From Elsinoe ampelina (lineage: Eukaryota): a stretch of DNA of 64,000 nucleotides. Of the stretch, positions 1-12,542 are shown piece after piece; the stretch's first letter is position 1; each line of letters begins with the position of its first letter. The notes below the pieces were generated by a model that saw only the letters and a list, made by a program, of their open reading frames with translations, did not search any database and had not been told where the DNA came from. The stretch lies in contig ML992501.1 in assembly GCA_010093995.1 (NCBI GenBank), positions 764,227 to 828,226 of the forward strand. Reading direction: 5' to 3'. The translations under genes and the position numbers were made by a program.

Positions 1-419
1 TCACCTCCTGGCAGTCATGTTCCCAGGGGCCAGCAATAGGACAGGGGGTACTAGACGAACTTGTGGAGCATTGCCAGGACTCACGATATCAGGGTTGGGT
101 TGGTACAGGAAGGTGGATAGATAGCTCGTGGCATGCAAGGAGTATTTGGTGCAGCTGTCACAGTGCAATGCATATGGGAAGAAAGGAAGCGAAGAATGCG
201 AAAGGGTATCACGTTTCTCCAGCAAAGATTGAAGGCATGGCAAACGGACGATGCAATAGGGCCGGCTGAGTATACTCTTCCGTACTGTATTTTATACCAC
301 ACGATTTCATGCTTTTTGGCCTCGGGCAGAGCAATGGTTTTCAACGCAGGGAGCTGGCTCCAGATGATGGATATGCGCGTTTTTGCTGGTGTAACTGTGT
401 TGACTTCCCGTCCCTAAAG

Positions 420-540
420 CACTGTCACCTTTCGATTTAACAGTACCACCTTTCGATTTCATACTACCAGCTTTCGGTTCAGTACTGCCAGCTCTCGGTT
501 CAGTACGACCAACTTTGGGTCTAGCATTACCACCTTCATT
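420..540. repeat. Degenerate 21-bp tandem repeat (~5.5 copies)
   Basis: Units cactgtcacctttcgatttaa / cagtaccacctttcgatttca / tactaccagctttcggttcag / tactgccagctctcggttcag / tacgaccaactttgggtctag read directly. Confidence 0.75.
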
Positions 541-641
541 TCCCCTTCCGCGATACTTACTTCTGTTCCTACCAGCTGTCACTCCTACCGTCTGCAGAGG
601 TAACTAACACTCTCCGCGGACTATAGCCCACAGCAAGCCAA

Positions 642-1983
642 ATGGCACCTAAGCGAACGGCAGCGTCCAGCAGTAAGCAAAACCTCCTTAGTCAAGATGC
701 TACTGACAGCTCTTGCAGATCATACAACAACAGCACCAGCCAGCAAGAGAGCTAGAGTGGACTCAGTCAATTACGGTGAGCTAGATGAAGACGACGAGCA
801 GCCCGATCCAGGACGTGAAGATAGCGAGTAATTGATCACCCTTATCCCAATCGACCATGCCGCCAATACTGACACGCTGACAGTAACAGAGCGACTCTGA
901 CCAGAGCTACTCGCAAGAAGGGTAAAGAAGCCACTCAACAACATCCATGGGCTGTCAAGATGCTCGATAAGATTGAGGAGGACAAGACGGAGATGCTCAG
1001 CACCATTGCTCAGATCGAGCAAAAGCGGTATGTCCTTGCTCCCGTTTCTTGTACTCTGCTGTTGTGGAACTACTCTCGATTTCATGAAGCCGAATCACTC
1101 GCGTGCTTGGGTGATCATATCCATATCTGCGCCCGTTGGCAATCCAGCACGATGCTAATGCATGTTTCCCAGCCTATCCACCCTCTCTGACCATCGCCGG
1201 TCCCTAGTCGACCTCGGAAAACATCTCACACCTATTTTTCCGCTACCTTGCACAAGCGGTCCAACAGCGAGGTCCTCCTCCGCCGAATCTGCCATCAATG
1301 AACAAACTCCTGTGGATCTTGATCCGACCAGCACCGCCCTCCTCACTAGCTGTACCTCACTTCTCAGTCTCTACAACTCTCTCAACACCTCGCTCGCATC
1401 TCTCGGAACCAACGCATTCATGCCAGGAACAGAAGTAGCAGCGCTACCTACACCTGCCTCCCTCGCCACCAGTCGAACCGACACCGAGAAACTGCTCCTT
1501 GCTGGGTTCAAAGTAGCAGCGAGGAGCATAGGGCGCAGCATAGATCCCCAGGTGAACATCTTCACCGATCCCAAGAGTACTGATGGCGAGGAGAATGGCG
1601 ATGTGAGAGGAGACAATACCGACAGTTCTAGCAGGAAAGACAGACAAGGTAGGACGAAAACACTGGTAGTCGACGGAAGGCTGGTCACCGTCCTCGACCA
1701 CGACACCGACAGTACAGGCAAGGAGAACAACCCTCCCGCTCCCTCTGCAGACAACGAGACTGGTAGAGCAAGGAACATCCGAGACGTGACAGCAGAAGAC
1801 GAGGCGAGGTGGACGGCGACTCTGCTCAGTCATGGACAAGCCGAAGGCGAGGACCAACCACCAGATGAGGACGAGAACGGCGAGGTCGTGGCGATGACGA
1901 CATGGCTCAGAGACGTGGAAAAGGGAGCGAAGAGGATGCTCAAGCATTGTACTCGCGAGATGGAGGAGGAGCAGGTCTTCTGA
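642..1983 (+). CDS. Hypothetical protein, 4 exons (642-672, 719-827, 884-1027, 1173-1983)
   Basis: ATG at 642 (MAPKRTAASS). Three GT..CTGAC/CTAAT..AG introns whose phases join one frame (..PASKRARVDSVNYGELDE..KMLDKIEEDKTEMLSTIAQIEQKRLSTLSDH..) into ORF 1162-1983. No recognisable domain. Confidence 0.7.
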
Positions 1984-2552
1984 TCGACTGCGTTGACTCG
2001 CGCAGGAGATGCTGGTGGGTATTCTTGAGGAGAGGTATGGCTGCTCATGGGAGCAGGGAGCTCAGCGGGGAGTCGGTCGCTTGTGCACGGCTTTGCTGGT
2101 AGGACGTCTGCACAGAGGCTCTGCTTTACAAGGAGGCGCTTACTGCGATATGGAGTGGAAATGGTATCCAGTGGTAGCTAGCTCAAGCATGACATGGTGG
2201 AAGTGGTCCTTGACAGACTCGTTGCTTCCTCGGCACACACTTACTCTTACGATACAAATGGCAACGACATAACCATACTTCATCGAGAGTGATTCGTTCA
2301 TTACCAAAAAGTCATGTCATGGGGTATCTCCTCTTCCCGTGTACATCTACCGTCCTACCGTCTCGACATCTCAGTCGTCTTCAGTAGGGTGTACAACCAC
2401 CAGCGCAGCCACTTGCCTCCGCTGCCACCATCCTCCACCCTCTCGTAAACCCATCGCCTTCGCCTCAGCGACAGCATACACCCTCTCCCCCACCCCTACC
2501 CCTTCCACCCCCCTCTTCCATCCTTCCTTTCCACCCTACACTTGCCCATCTC

Positions 2553-5500
2553 TCACTCAGCCCACTCCCCCCTCTCCCTCCTCTCCCACACCACCCCCTT
2601 CAACCTCACAAACTCGGCCAACGCAGCCCTATACCTCTCATTCGCGATCCCCCTCAACGCATTCCACCTCTCCTCCTCCCTCACCCGCTCCAACAACGCC
2701 GCGACATCGTGCTGACCCTTCTCCCTCCCGTCCAGCCCGGTCGGGCCTTTGCTCAGCACCGCCTCTTCCTGCTTGACCAGCTCTTGGCTCTTGGCGGTGA
2801 ATTGCACCGTGAGATTGTGGTGCGCCGTGATGTACACGTTGAAGCGAGCCGTGTAGTCGCGCCAGGATTGGATGGTGATTTTCTGGGGTGGGAGGGGCGC
2901 GACGGGGACGGCGGGGAGGGGGGCGCCGGACGGGGTGGTCTTGGGGGTGGAGGAAATGTCGGGGGTTTCGCCGAAGAGTTTGTTCGGGTGGATGTTGGAG
3001 CTTTTGCTGGGGAAGGGGATGGTGGAAGAGAGGGAGGAGAGGTCGTTGAGGCCTTGACCTGAGGGGGTGTTGAGGGTTGCCGATAGCGGTGTGAGGTCTG
3101 GGAGGTTGTTGGTTGGTATTGTTGGGTCCGTGGCGCTGCGGGCCGAGGAGCGGCGGCGTGCGTGGGCGGCAGCGCTGGCGGCGTCAGAGGTAGGTGCGGA
3201 GGGTGGAGGGGGCATGCCTTGGTGACTGCGACGCCATTTGGACGGCGCTACACTGTATGGCCGCGCGTTATTCTGTGACGTTGCCCCTTGACTTGCTGGT
3301 GGTACTGGGTCCACGTCCATCGCGTCCACACCTGATCCTGTACTGTGGTTCGAGCCATTCTCTCTCTCATTCTCACCCTCGTTGGCACTGTTTACGCTGG
3401 CAGGTCGAGGTCCCGTATTACCCTTCGTCCCACCACCGACGCTAGCACGGCGCACAGATGGTCCCCGAGACAGGCCAGCTTGTTGCGGCGCAAAGAATTG
3501 AGAATTTTGCCATTGGTCCGGGGAGAAAGTGTTTTCCCTATCTGGAGTACCCGTGGTCGGCACCTCACCGAAGAGCTGTGGATTAGGAGCCGAGGTTGGT
3601 GAGAGCGGCATGCGATGTGGATCGGTATTGAGCCTGGTATTGATATGCGTCCTCGATGGTCGCGCTGATAATGTCTCTCGTGGCCTCTTAGGCGGCGAAG
3701 ACCTTCTCGAAGCCGAAGGGGACACAGGGCCACCCCCAGGTATGCCTGCAAATGTCGGAGCTGTAGCCGTAGGTGAAAACGTGGTGTCGATATGCTCAGT
3801 GCTTCGACTTCTCGTTTCATCAGTCTTGTCAAAATCGAACTTCATGTTGAATCTATGTTCAATTGTGTCAGCAGAGGTCTTCAAAGGAATCGCGAATATG
3901 CTAGGTCTGGTGGCAAAATCATGGGGAACAAACTCTGGAGTCTTGTCGGTACGCAAAAGCTCCAAGTCCTGCTGGTACTCGGACTGCATCATCTGTGAAA
4001 ACGAGGATGGGATTTGTGATCGGGGCTTCTCTGGGCCCGTGGAGATATCGACCAGGACAGGATCCCCGGTACTGGCTCGCCTGTCGTTGCAAGTGCCTGG
4101 AGCAGATCTGCTCTTCGCCTTAGGAGAAGACCGCCGTGCAAACGAAGAAGGCATGGGCCAGTAGGTTGGCGGGATACTGTTATCTGGACGAACATTCCGA
4201 GCGGAGGGATGATTTATCCCGAAAAGCTCCTCAAAGGGAGTTCTGGAATGCTGGGATGCAGGGACTTCTGTGTCTGAATCTGATAAATGGAAAAAGGGCT
4301 CATACATGTTTCCGTTCGGGCCTTGTCCGCCTTGAGCGGAGGCGCTATTGTTTCTCGATGGCTGATGAGCTTGACTGCCGCGACGGCTCTGGAAGCCAGA
4401 GCGTGGAGTTCCGCCCGAGACACCATTCATGCGGATTGAGGGCGGCGTAGGGACCTTCTTTGGACGTCGACGTGTTCCGAATGCACCAGTGTCGTGCATG
4501 TCCGCATCGGATGACGCAGATGAAGCCGACTCGGTAGTATCGCTTGAATCGTCACCACCCACAGTAAAGCCACTCGGCTGGGACTTCCCATTGGTGTGCT
4601 TCACTGGGCTCGCACTGCGGTGTCTAGTGTGGAATGGTTGGGGACTCTGAGGACCGCGCTGTAATCGTGTCGCATCTCTAGTACTGTTCGACCTTCGCAA
4701 CTGTTCTGGATTGAGGTGTAGTTTCTCACCGCCACGGTGCTGATAGGTCGAGTGTCGGTGTTGAGGAGGCGGCGCTTGCGTACGATCTTCTGGCGAACCT
4801 TCTTGAGGTCGTGACCAGCCACTGCCGGGAGCTGTTGGTGCTTGCTGTTGGTGTTGCGGCTGATATCCCGCACCATAGACCCCTCCTGGCGTTGTGCCAG
4901 GCTTGTAGTGATTTGTGTATCCCGACGTACCACCACTGGTCGGACGTTCGTCGGATCCTGGAGTGCTAGGGTCGAAAGCGTTACGTTTCGGGGTTTTCGA
5001 CGCCGTGTTAGAGCGAGAAATTCCTGGCCTCTGTGGCCCACCGTCTGCTCTACTCTCATTGTAATGCGCCCATGCAGTCCTTGTTTCAGCCGTCATGTTT
5101 GGGGGCGCCTGGCGGTGTGTGAAGCCAGCTCGAATGTCTGCCTCCCTCTTAGGCAAATCAGGCCGCTGCGGCGGTGCTTGATTACCTCGTGGAGGTACTG
5201 GAGGAGGTGGATGTCGACGCTGTCCTTGATTCATGTCCGGTGGCGCCTGATTTGCAGGCTTCTGGGAAGACCTCCTGCCACCGCCCATTGCAGACCACGC
5301 ATCTTGGTATGATGCTCTCTTAGGATCAGCCTTTGCAGTCGGACTCGGCCCAGGAAAATTTGTGAATCGATCAGCACCGGTACGATTCCATCCAGTTGGA
5401 TCGGCCGTGCGACGAGGAGGTGGCGCAAAGTTTTGGCTCATGTTACTGTAAGGGTTTCCAGTTCTGCCAGCAGCAGCAGGTTTCGGAGCAGCGCCGGACA

Positions 5501-5787
5501 AGTTCGCCCGCCGCCGGCCTGTGTCATATGCGGCCTTGGTGGAGGGATCGCATAGTATCTCGTGTGCAGCGGATATAGCCTGGAATTTGGAATTGAACTC
5601 CTCCTCTTTGCCAGGGTTGCGGTCAGGGTGGTACTTGAGAGCTGCACTTTGTTAGAAGAGTTTGTCGTACCCTGATATACCTGCACATACCGAGCTTTCT
5701 GTACTGTTTCTTGATGTCCTCCACAGAGGCATCACTGCCTACCTCGAGAGCGGCATAATAGTTGACCTTGACGTCAGGCTTCACCAT
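2553..5787 (-). CDS. DnaJ (J-domain) protein with long disordered Pro/Ser-rich region and helical C-terminus
   Basis: Exon 1 MVKPDVKVNYYAALEVGSDASVEDIKKQYRKL, intron 5642-5690, then ALKYHPDRNPGKEEEFNSKFQAISAAHEILCDP (HPD motif), continuing into ORF 2553-5501. Probable further intron at 3853-4305. Confidence 0.9.
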
Positions 5788-6820
5788 GGTGAAGCAGACG
5801 AGGACGAACCAGTTGTATGGAGTTTGAGAATGACAGCTCCAGCCATGGGCATGCGCGAGAAGATCGGGTCAGATGCGAGAGGATTGCGAGCGTGGAAAGC
5901 GGACCTGGTTTCTGGCACAGTCTCGTTGAAGTGCAGGTCACTGCTTTGGAGAAAGGTAGCCGAGCAGTGCTGGTGAGGTTGGCCGCGGCTGTAGGGGACG
6001 GAAGGCGACTGGGTAGGCAGAGCCAATCCTGATCGGTCTTGGACTGCAAGTCGCCTGCGCAAATGGAGCGCCGGGACGAGCGAATGCGCAAGCGATAGGT
6101 CAGGCCGAGTGAGGACGTGATAGTATGATGCGGTCTAGGTCACGAGTAGCTGTGGATTAGCCGCTCCCAGGCCCACAGTTGAACAAAAGTTTGGCGGTGC
6201 CGCGAGGGGAAATCTGTGGCGCTCACAAGGCAAACACATCTGTGGCTGAATTGCACCGCCTGATGACCGCGTAATTGACGCCGTGACACCAAGACTCTGC
6301 ACACGCAGATTATGGAAAAAGGCATCATACCTTAGATCATTTGAACCTCTTATGCAAGGTATTGGTACCTGACCGACGTGGACGCTTGCTACTGGCTACA
6401 TCCTACCAATTAGTGACAAGCTGCATCCTGCATCGAATCATCCCTCCGCTGCTTTCAGCACACACGATGTGGATCCGCGGGGAGACTGCCCCAACCGTGA
6501 GCTGTTCATCGCCAAACCATACCGATATCGCTCAGATGTATAGGTACATCTGGTAGTTCTATTTCGACTGGGACGTCAAGTCCCTCCGTTGAAGTTAGCA
6601 CACAGCACGATGCGTCTGGCTGGTACCGCTAGATAAAGACTCCGTGTCTTGTCATGCTACTGCACATAGTGTTTCAACGCTTCGTCAAATTGCGAGCGCA
6701 GATAGAAATTCAGTCGACGATAGAAGATGGCCCGCGCTGCTCGGAAAATTCGGATGAGTCAGTCCTCAGATTCTACATACACGCGTCAGACCAGTGCATC
6801 GTCACGAACGAAGACACTGC

Positions 6821-7668
6821 TCACTTGGCCTTCATCTTCGCCAACCTCTTCCTGGTACCCTCGAGGATCTCTTCTTCGTTGTAGACCCAAGTCACACTCT
6901 CCTGCTGGCTCAATGCACCCGCCCATTTGCTGAAGTTGGGCAACTTCTTGAGCCCGTCACCCAGAGACTTTGGTAGGAATTCGTCGTTGCTGTACGTCTG
7001 GAAGCGGACAATGAATGGAGCAGTGAGAACCTGCAACTTGTGTCAGCACAGACACATCGACACATGAGCTAGTGGTATCATCTCACCTCAGCCATGGTCA
7101 GCTTGCTTGATCCCCCAAAGAATGGAGATGCGTCCTTGAGAAGCGGTTCTATCTCTTTCTCTACAAGGGCAAGAATCTCTTGACCGAGCTTCTCCTTTTC
7201 GCCCGGATCAGCCAGCATGGTAGGGTAGAGCTTGCCATTGATCTTGCTGAACCAAGTATCGACGAAGAAGTTCACTCGTGCTCGGAATAGCGCTCCCTTC
7301 CCATCCTCGGTGCTGGATGGAGGTGTGAGGTGAGAAGGATGGTTGTCGGCAAGAAATTGAGCGACAATTGCTGACTCGGGGATGATCTCGTCCTTGATAC
7401 TACCACCTGTGTACTTGATGGTAGGTACAAGACCTCTGGGGTTGATATCAAGATACCATTGCGGACGAGGCGTATCCAAGTCAATGGTCACTTCTTCAAA
7501 CGGCAAGTTCAATTCTTTGAGAGCAATTGATGCTCGGTGAGCCCATGGACAGCGACGATTGTTGTAATAGACAATCTTTGGCTGCGATCTGGTACATGGT
7601 TAGACGAGTACCGCCACGTTGGAGTACCTGAGCACTTACGAGCCGTTGGTAGCTACTGCAGCAGCCAT
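6821..7668 (-). CDS. Glutathione S-transferase (omega-like, CPWA active-site motif), 3 exons
   Basis: Spliced product MAAAVATNGSSQPKIVYYNNRRCPWAHRASIALKELNLPFEEV..INPRGLVPTI..ESAIVAQFL. Introns at 7589-7639 and 7031-7086. Confidence 0.9.
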
Positions 7669-8658
7669 GGCTCTGAAGTTTAGTAGAACTCTGGCTGACT
7701 TTCTGGAGAGGACTAGATGCTTGACCAGTTTGTATACGTCTGTCGTTCAATTGAGTTGTTCCGAGGCCGACGACCTCTCTTACAAATCGCCATTGCCCCT
7801 CCTCCACATCGGGGCAGAACATGATGACGCGATCGAGAAGATCATCCCGGAATTTGGCCGCTACCGGTATGGATCGGATGAATTTACCTTGAACGAACCA
7901 ACACACACCAAAAGCTGCAATTGATATTTGCAGACAATGTTTGCCTGTGTTTGGATCTAGATAGATCGTGGCCTTGTCAACGGGTCGCACGACTTCCCGC
8001 ACGGTTCAGGGAGAAAACTCGAGTCCGTTTTAGTACAGTCAACCTTGGATGAAGTGCGATAAGAGGCAAGTGAACGGCACAAGGCGGTCATTCATGAGAG
8101 ATGCCGTTGCTCAATGCCAGTATGTCGCCTGAAGTGGCACGAATGCATGTTGCGGAACAGTGAAGCTATATGAAGATAATCCAACATCCAAATGTGGCTC
8201 ATGAGGATCTGAAGGTTCAAGTGTCGCGTGACCTGTCCATCCATGGCTTTGGGCTCTGGATCGCCATACGCTTGTCTGATGGTGTGGCTGACGCCTTTCA
8301 CATGCAAATCTGGAGCTCTTGCTTGCGATCATGCTTGTTTGAAACAAGGCGACGTGTTGAAGCAAGATTTCACAAAATTTCGCGTGTTTGACGAGCTGGT
8401 AGAAAGTGACGTTTTTTGTGCCGCCCGTTGACACTCGACTGAGGTCACGGAAGTCGCGATTGTTCCTCTTCCAAGATTTTCGTGTCCACAGCTCTGCCGG
8501 TCCTTGCCTGTCACACCTTGCGATCCCAACTCACCCTCAATTACTCTTTTGACAATCCATTCTTGATCCTCTAGCACCTCCTTCAATACTTCTCGATTCC
8601 TCACGATCTTCCCATCGACAGTCACGCCCCAAAAGCTTGACACCGCCTTTCATTCAAG

Positions 8659-10071
8659 ATGTCCGACCCAACAGCTCAAGCGAGCTATCCGAACATCAAC
8701 CCAAGCGCCAACAACCTCAATGGCAACACTGTCAGCGGCGGCAACCTCAATGGTTCAGCCGCGGGCTTGAAGGATTCCATCATCAGCAGTAAGGTACGTA
8801 AATACGGTCTCCTACCAGGCAGCCACAGAGGCAGCAGCTTTCTACGGAGAAAACATGTCCACTTGGGAACCTCATAGCTGCCCGAATGCCCCATCACTGG
8901 AACCATCTATTCCTACCTTCCCTGAGTGCCCAAGCTAATTGTTTTGTTAGTATCTTTGACCACACAGTCCCGTCAATCCCTTATCATGACAGGTACCCAA
9001 TCAGCCTACGACTCTGTCGCCAACAGCAACACTGCGCAGAACATCTCTCAAGGACCAGTTGCTCAAAAAGCAAGGGAAGAGGCGAACAAGACCAGCAATG
9101 AGTTCGGCAACGTGGCTGCCTCCCGTCGCGTCCCAGACCAGAAGACTGCCACTGGCCAGCCTCTCACACACTACCATTCCATGTTCTACAACATCTTGAG
9201 CTGGGAGAACCCAAGAGTCACTGGAATTGCCTACGCTACCATTGTGACCTTCATCTTCTTCACCCGTTACGTTCCGATCCTCAAGTACTTCTTCAAGGCC
9301 AGCTATGTCATCCTTGGCAGTGAGTAGCACACTTCCTGAATGGTGGACTGGACTGACCACGTTAGTTATCGCTGCCGCTGAGATCGCTGGTAAGGTCATC
9401 TTCGAGAAGGGTCTCGCCTCCCAGATGCGCCCCCGCAAGTACTACACCATCCCAAGAGAGAGCTTGGAGGCCGCGCTTGAGGACGTAGAGCAGCTCATCA
9501 ACTTCTTCGTCATCGAGTTCCAGCGCATAGTATTCGCCGAGAATGTCTACGCTACCGTTTCCGTGAGTGACCCATACCTCAGCCTAAAGAATCTGGTTGC
9601 CGGTACTGACTCTACTAGGCTTTCTCCGCCGCGCTCATCTCCTACTTCTTGGTCAAGTTTGTCCCCAAGTGGGGCATTGCCTTGATCGGCACCTCGGTCG
9701 TCTTCTTCGTCCCTCTTGTCTACATCCAGAACCGCGAACTCATCGACGGCCACCTTAACAATGCTAGCACCATGATCAACCAGCAAGCGACTCAGGTCAG
9801 GGATCTCGCTGCGCAGCATACTGGCCGCGCCGGCGAGGTGGCCAAGAGCACTGTCAGCCAGTACACCGCACAAGTTCAGGATCTGATCGGCCAGGCCAAG
9901 AACAAGACCTCCGGCACCACCTCCGGCACCACCTCGACTCAGCCAACCGCAAGCCAGCCGATCTCGAACGGTGTGAAGAAGGAGGACTTCCCGACAGCCC
10001 CCAGGGCGGAGCCCATTACCAGCTCCGAGGTACCCTCCGACCCTATCCCTCAGTCCATCCCAGCTCAGTAG
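8659..10071 (+). CDS. RTN1: Reticulon-like ER-shaping protein (Rtn1/Cwl1 type), ~4 exons
   Basis: LSWENPRVTGIAY..LEDVEQLINFFVIEFQRIVFAEN..FFVPLVYIQNRELID reticulon-type hydrophobic hairpins across ORFs 8926-9327, 9305-9685 and 9649-10071. First intron boundaries are ambiguous (tandem donors at 8789/8794). Confidence 0.85.
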
Positions 10072-10716
10072 GTGGTCGAGCGGACAGGTCAAAGACCGAC
10101 ACGGAGTGAAGGTAGTTAGCTTCCGCCGCATGCCTGAGTATCTCCACGAACAGCACACTTCTGTTCTAGAATGATCAAGGACCTAATGTACCTTGGAGTA
10201 TGGATCGACGAAGATTTCATGAAGGCTTATGTCAACGCCGACCCAATCATAGCAATGACAAGGGTTGTCTTTGCAAGTCTCACGGGCATCTGTAGTATAG
10301 CGTGGTAGTACGTTTCAGAAAATGCACCTGGTGTAACCTATTCCTCCTTGACAGGAGAGAAGCATTATGCGTCCGGCGTGCTCGAAGCCGTTGATATGTC
10401 ACATGAAAGTGCCGACCGTTTTCGGGAGGTACTCGACCTGAGCATGTGGCTTCGCTGCCATGTCTCAGTTGTCCCATACTTGCCGCAGCGCTCGTCTTCC
10501 TTCACGATCGTTTTTGTGTGCTATTCTTTTCTTTCTTTCTTAGATGTTCAGTTGACTTCCTAGTTGAAAGACCCGAGCATTTGCATTGAAAACCTGGCGC
10601 ACAATCAATCGACCGTTTCCATACCTTGGGCTTGCAAAGTAAATAGCATACCGCTCGGTATCACAAACACGCGCCTCGATCTCTGATACGCAACTTCTAG
10701 ACAGTCATCAACCGCA

Positions 10717-11730
10717 ATGCTCAACCTTGCCCTAACAGAAGAAGTCATCCTCGCCCAACTCTCCTCACGACCGTCGCCTCCGGTCTCTCCTCCCATCGAC
10801 CTTTCCACCCCTGCACACCCACAGTCGCAGTCCACCTTCTTCCGCCTCCCAGCAGAGTTGCGCCGCGAGATCTACCGCGCAGCTGGCTTCGTTGACGCTC
10901 TCATACACGCGGACCTGCTGTACACTGCTCGGTCCCCTGGGAGCTCGGAGGATATCCAGACCAAGCTGGGGTGGGTTTTGAGGACGCAGACTTGTCTTTT
11001 TCCTGCCCAGCAGAGGAACGGAGAGGGAGGGAGGTGTAGGTGCATCGCTTTCTCCTCCGCCACGGGATGGAGGGTGAGTGATGATGTCCAGCGGGCGCCT
11101 TGTGGGATCGCAGGGTGGTTGGGGACGTGTAGACGGGCGTACGCCGAGACACGAGAGGAGTGGTTGCGGATGACCACGTGGAGCGTAGTGGCAAAGGGGT
11201 TAAATGTTTTCTTGCCTTTGGTGGTGTCTGTCGCGCGGGAGTGGGAGAAGGTTGAGGTGAGGTGTTATGGGAAGTGGAGGGGGGAGTTGTTTGGTGGTTT
11301 CGCGGGCGGTGGGACGAGGGGCGGGCAGAGGTCGTTGGTGAAGGATTTGATTGGTAGGAAGGGAGGATGGGAGGGGGTGAGGGAAGTGAGGTGTGTGATG
11401 CTGGGGGAGGGAGGGTATTATGATCTGCAGGTTGAGATGGTGAGGGAGCGTGGCACGGCGGAGTGGTTGAACTTGGGGTCCAGAATGGAGGCACATAGGG
11501 AGTGGGTGTTGTTGAAGGCTGGGCTGGGGGTGGTCGCTGATGCGAAGGTGAGAGCTGAGATTGTTGCCTCTCCGGGTTGGTTCGAGTTTCTCAAGATGGG
11601 GTTGCAGGAGGAGAATCGGGCTATGGGTGCTGAGGTAGCAGGAACGAAGAAGATTGCCACCGATGCTGCAGAGCTGTGGCTGAACGATGACGGGTCCATA
11701 GTGGTGGTCAAGGGTCGTGGACATGCCTGA
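10717..11730 (+). CDS. Hypothetical fungal protein with F-box-like N-terminal motif (QSQSTFFRLPAELRREIY)
   Basis: 337-aa intronless ORF. The motif is typical of a large ascomycete hypothetical-protein family. Confidence 0.7.
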   Translation: MLNLALTEEVILAQLSSRPSPPVSPPIDLSTPAHPQSQSTFFRLPAELRREIYRAAGFVDALIHADLLYTARSPGSSEDIQTKLGWVLRTQTCLFPAQQRNGEGGRCRCIAFSSATGWRVSDDVQRAPCGIAGWLGTCRRAYAETREEWLRMTTWSVVAKGLNVFLPLVVSVAREWEKVEVRCYGKWRGELFGGFAGGGTRGGQRSLVKDLIGRKGGWEGVREVRCVMLGEGGYYDLQVEMVRERGTAEWLNLGSRMEAHREWVLLKAGLGVVADAKVRAEIVASPGWFEFLKMGLQEENRAMGAEVAGTKKIATDAAELWLNDDGSIVVVKGRGHA

Positions 11731-12104
11731 GTTGGCAGTGACCAGAGAGACTATAGAATGAGGACTTCAAATGAGATGTGGCTTGACCATCACTTGCCTT
11801 ATCAAATACTGCAACTTCGTCATACGATTTCTCAGGCTGTACCTACTTAGCTGCAGTGCCGTGGAATTTTGGCATGAAGGCACAGCATACTTGAAACAGA
11901 ATGCCGGCGCAGACGTGCTGAGCTTCGACTCAGCCGCTTGTACCACCATACACCCAAGTGAACCACGCCGCACAGGTAAGAGTTGGAGCGTCTATATCAA
12001 CTCGTGTCGTCGCCCACCAAAGTAGCCATCAGTTTACAAGCTAAATCTATATTTTCACACTGCTCCAAATCTCTCCCATTGCCGCCACCACCTCCACCAC
12101 AAAG

Positions 12105-12542
12105 ATGCACCGCTTTCTACCCATCACCTTCTTCGCTATCGCGGCCTCCGCACAACTCACCGAAATACCCTCCGACGCCTTCGCCTCGGCGATAGTCGTC
12201 ATCGGAGGCGCCGTCCAAGCGGGCACCAACGGAACCACATCTTTAGCAACTTACACAACATCAAGCTCGCCGGCCGAAGACACGACCAAAGCTATCGACG
12301 CCATCATCGGCGGTGTCAGGGCCGGCAGTAACGCCACGGAGACTCCAGCAGAGATTACCGCCAGTCCGACGACCGTCTCGACTATTGTAACCACCTTGGC
12401 CACAACTTCAGCTGAGAGCTCGGCGGCGGCAAGTCAGACGGGGAATGCTCAGGGCATGATCAATGCTGCGCCAAGGAGTGGTCTGCAGGGAGCGGGACTG
12501 GCAGCGGCGCTGGCTATCGGGGCGTTTGCTTTTGCCGTTTGA
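12105..12542 (+). CDS. Small secreted Ser/Thr-rich putative GPI-anchored protein
   Basis: Signal peptide MHRFLPITFFAIAASAQ. Internal repeat IGGAVQAGTNGT / IIGGVRAGSNAT. C-terminal NAAPR..GLAAALAIGAFAFAV GPI-type tail. Confidence 0.8.
   Translation: MHRFLPITFFAIAASAQLTEIPSDAFASAIVVIGGAVQAGTNGTTSLATYTTSSSPAEDTTKAIDAIIGGVRAGSNATETPAEITASPTTVSTIVTTLATTSAESSAAASQTGNAQGMINAAPRSGLQGAGLAAALAIGAFAFAV

Noticed and set aside
420..540. Regularly spaced repeats as a CRISPR-like array
   Set aside because: Units are contiguous with no unique spacers, there are no cas genes, and the context is eukaryotic.
9908..9935. 12-bp tandem repeat cctccggcacca in RTN1
   Set aside because: Ordinary low-complexity coding repeat (TSGT) in a disordered tail.
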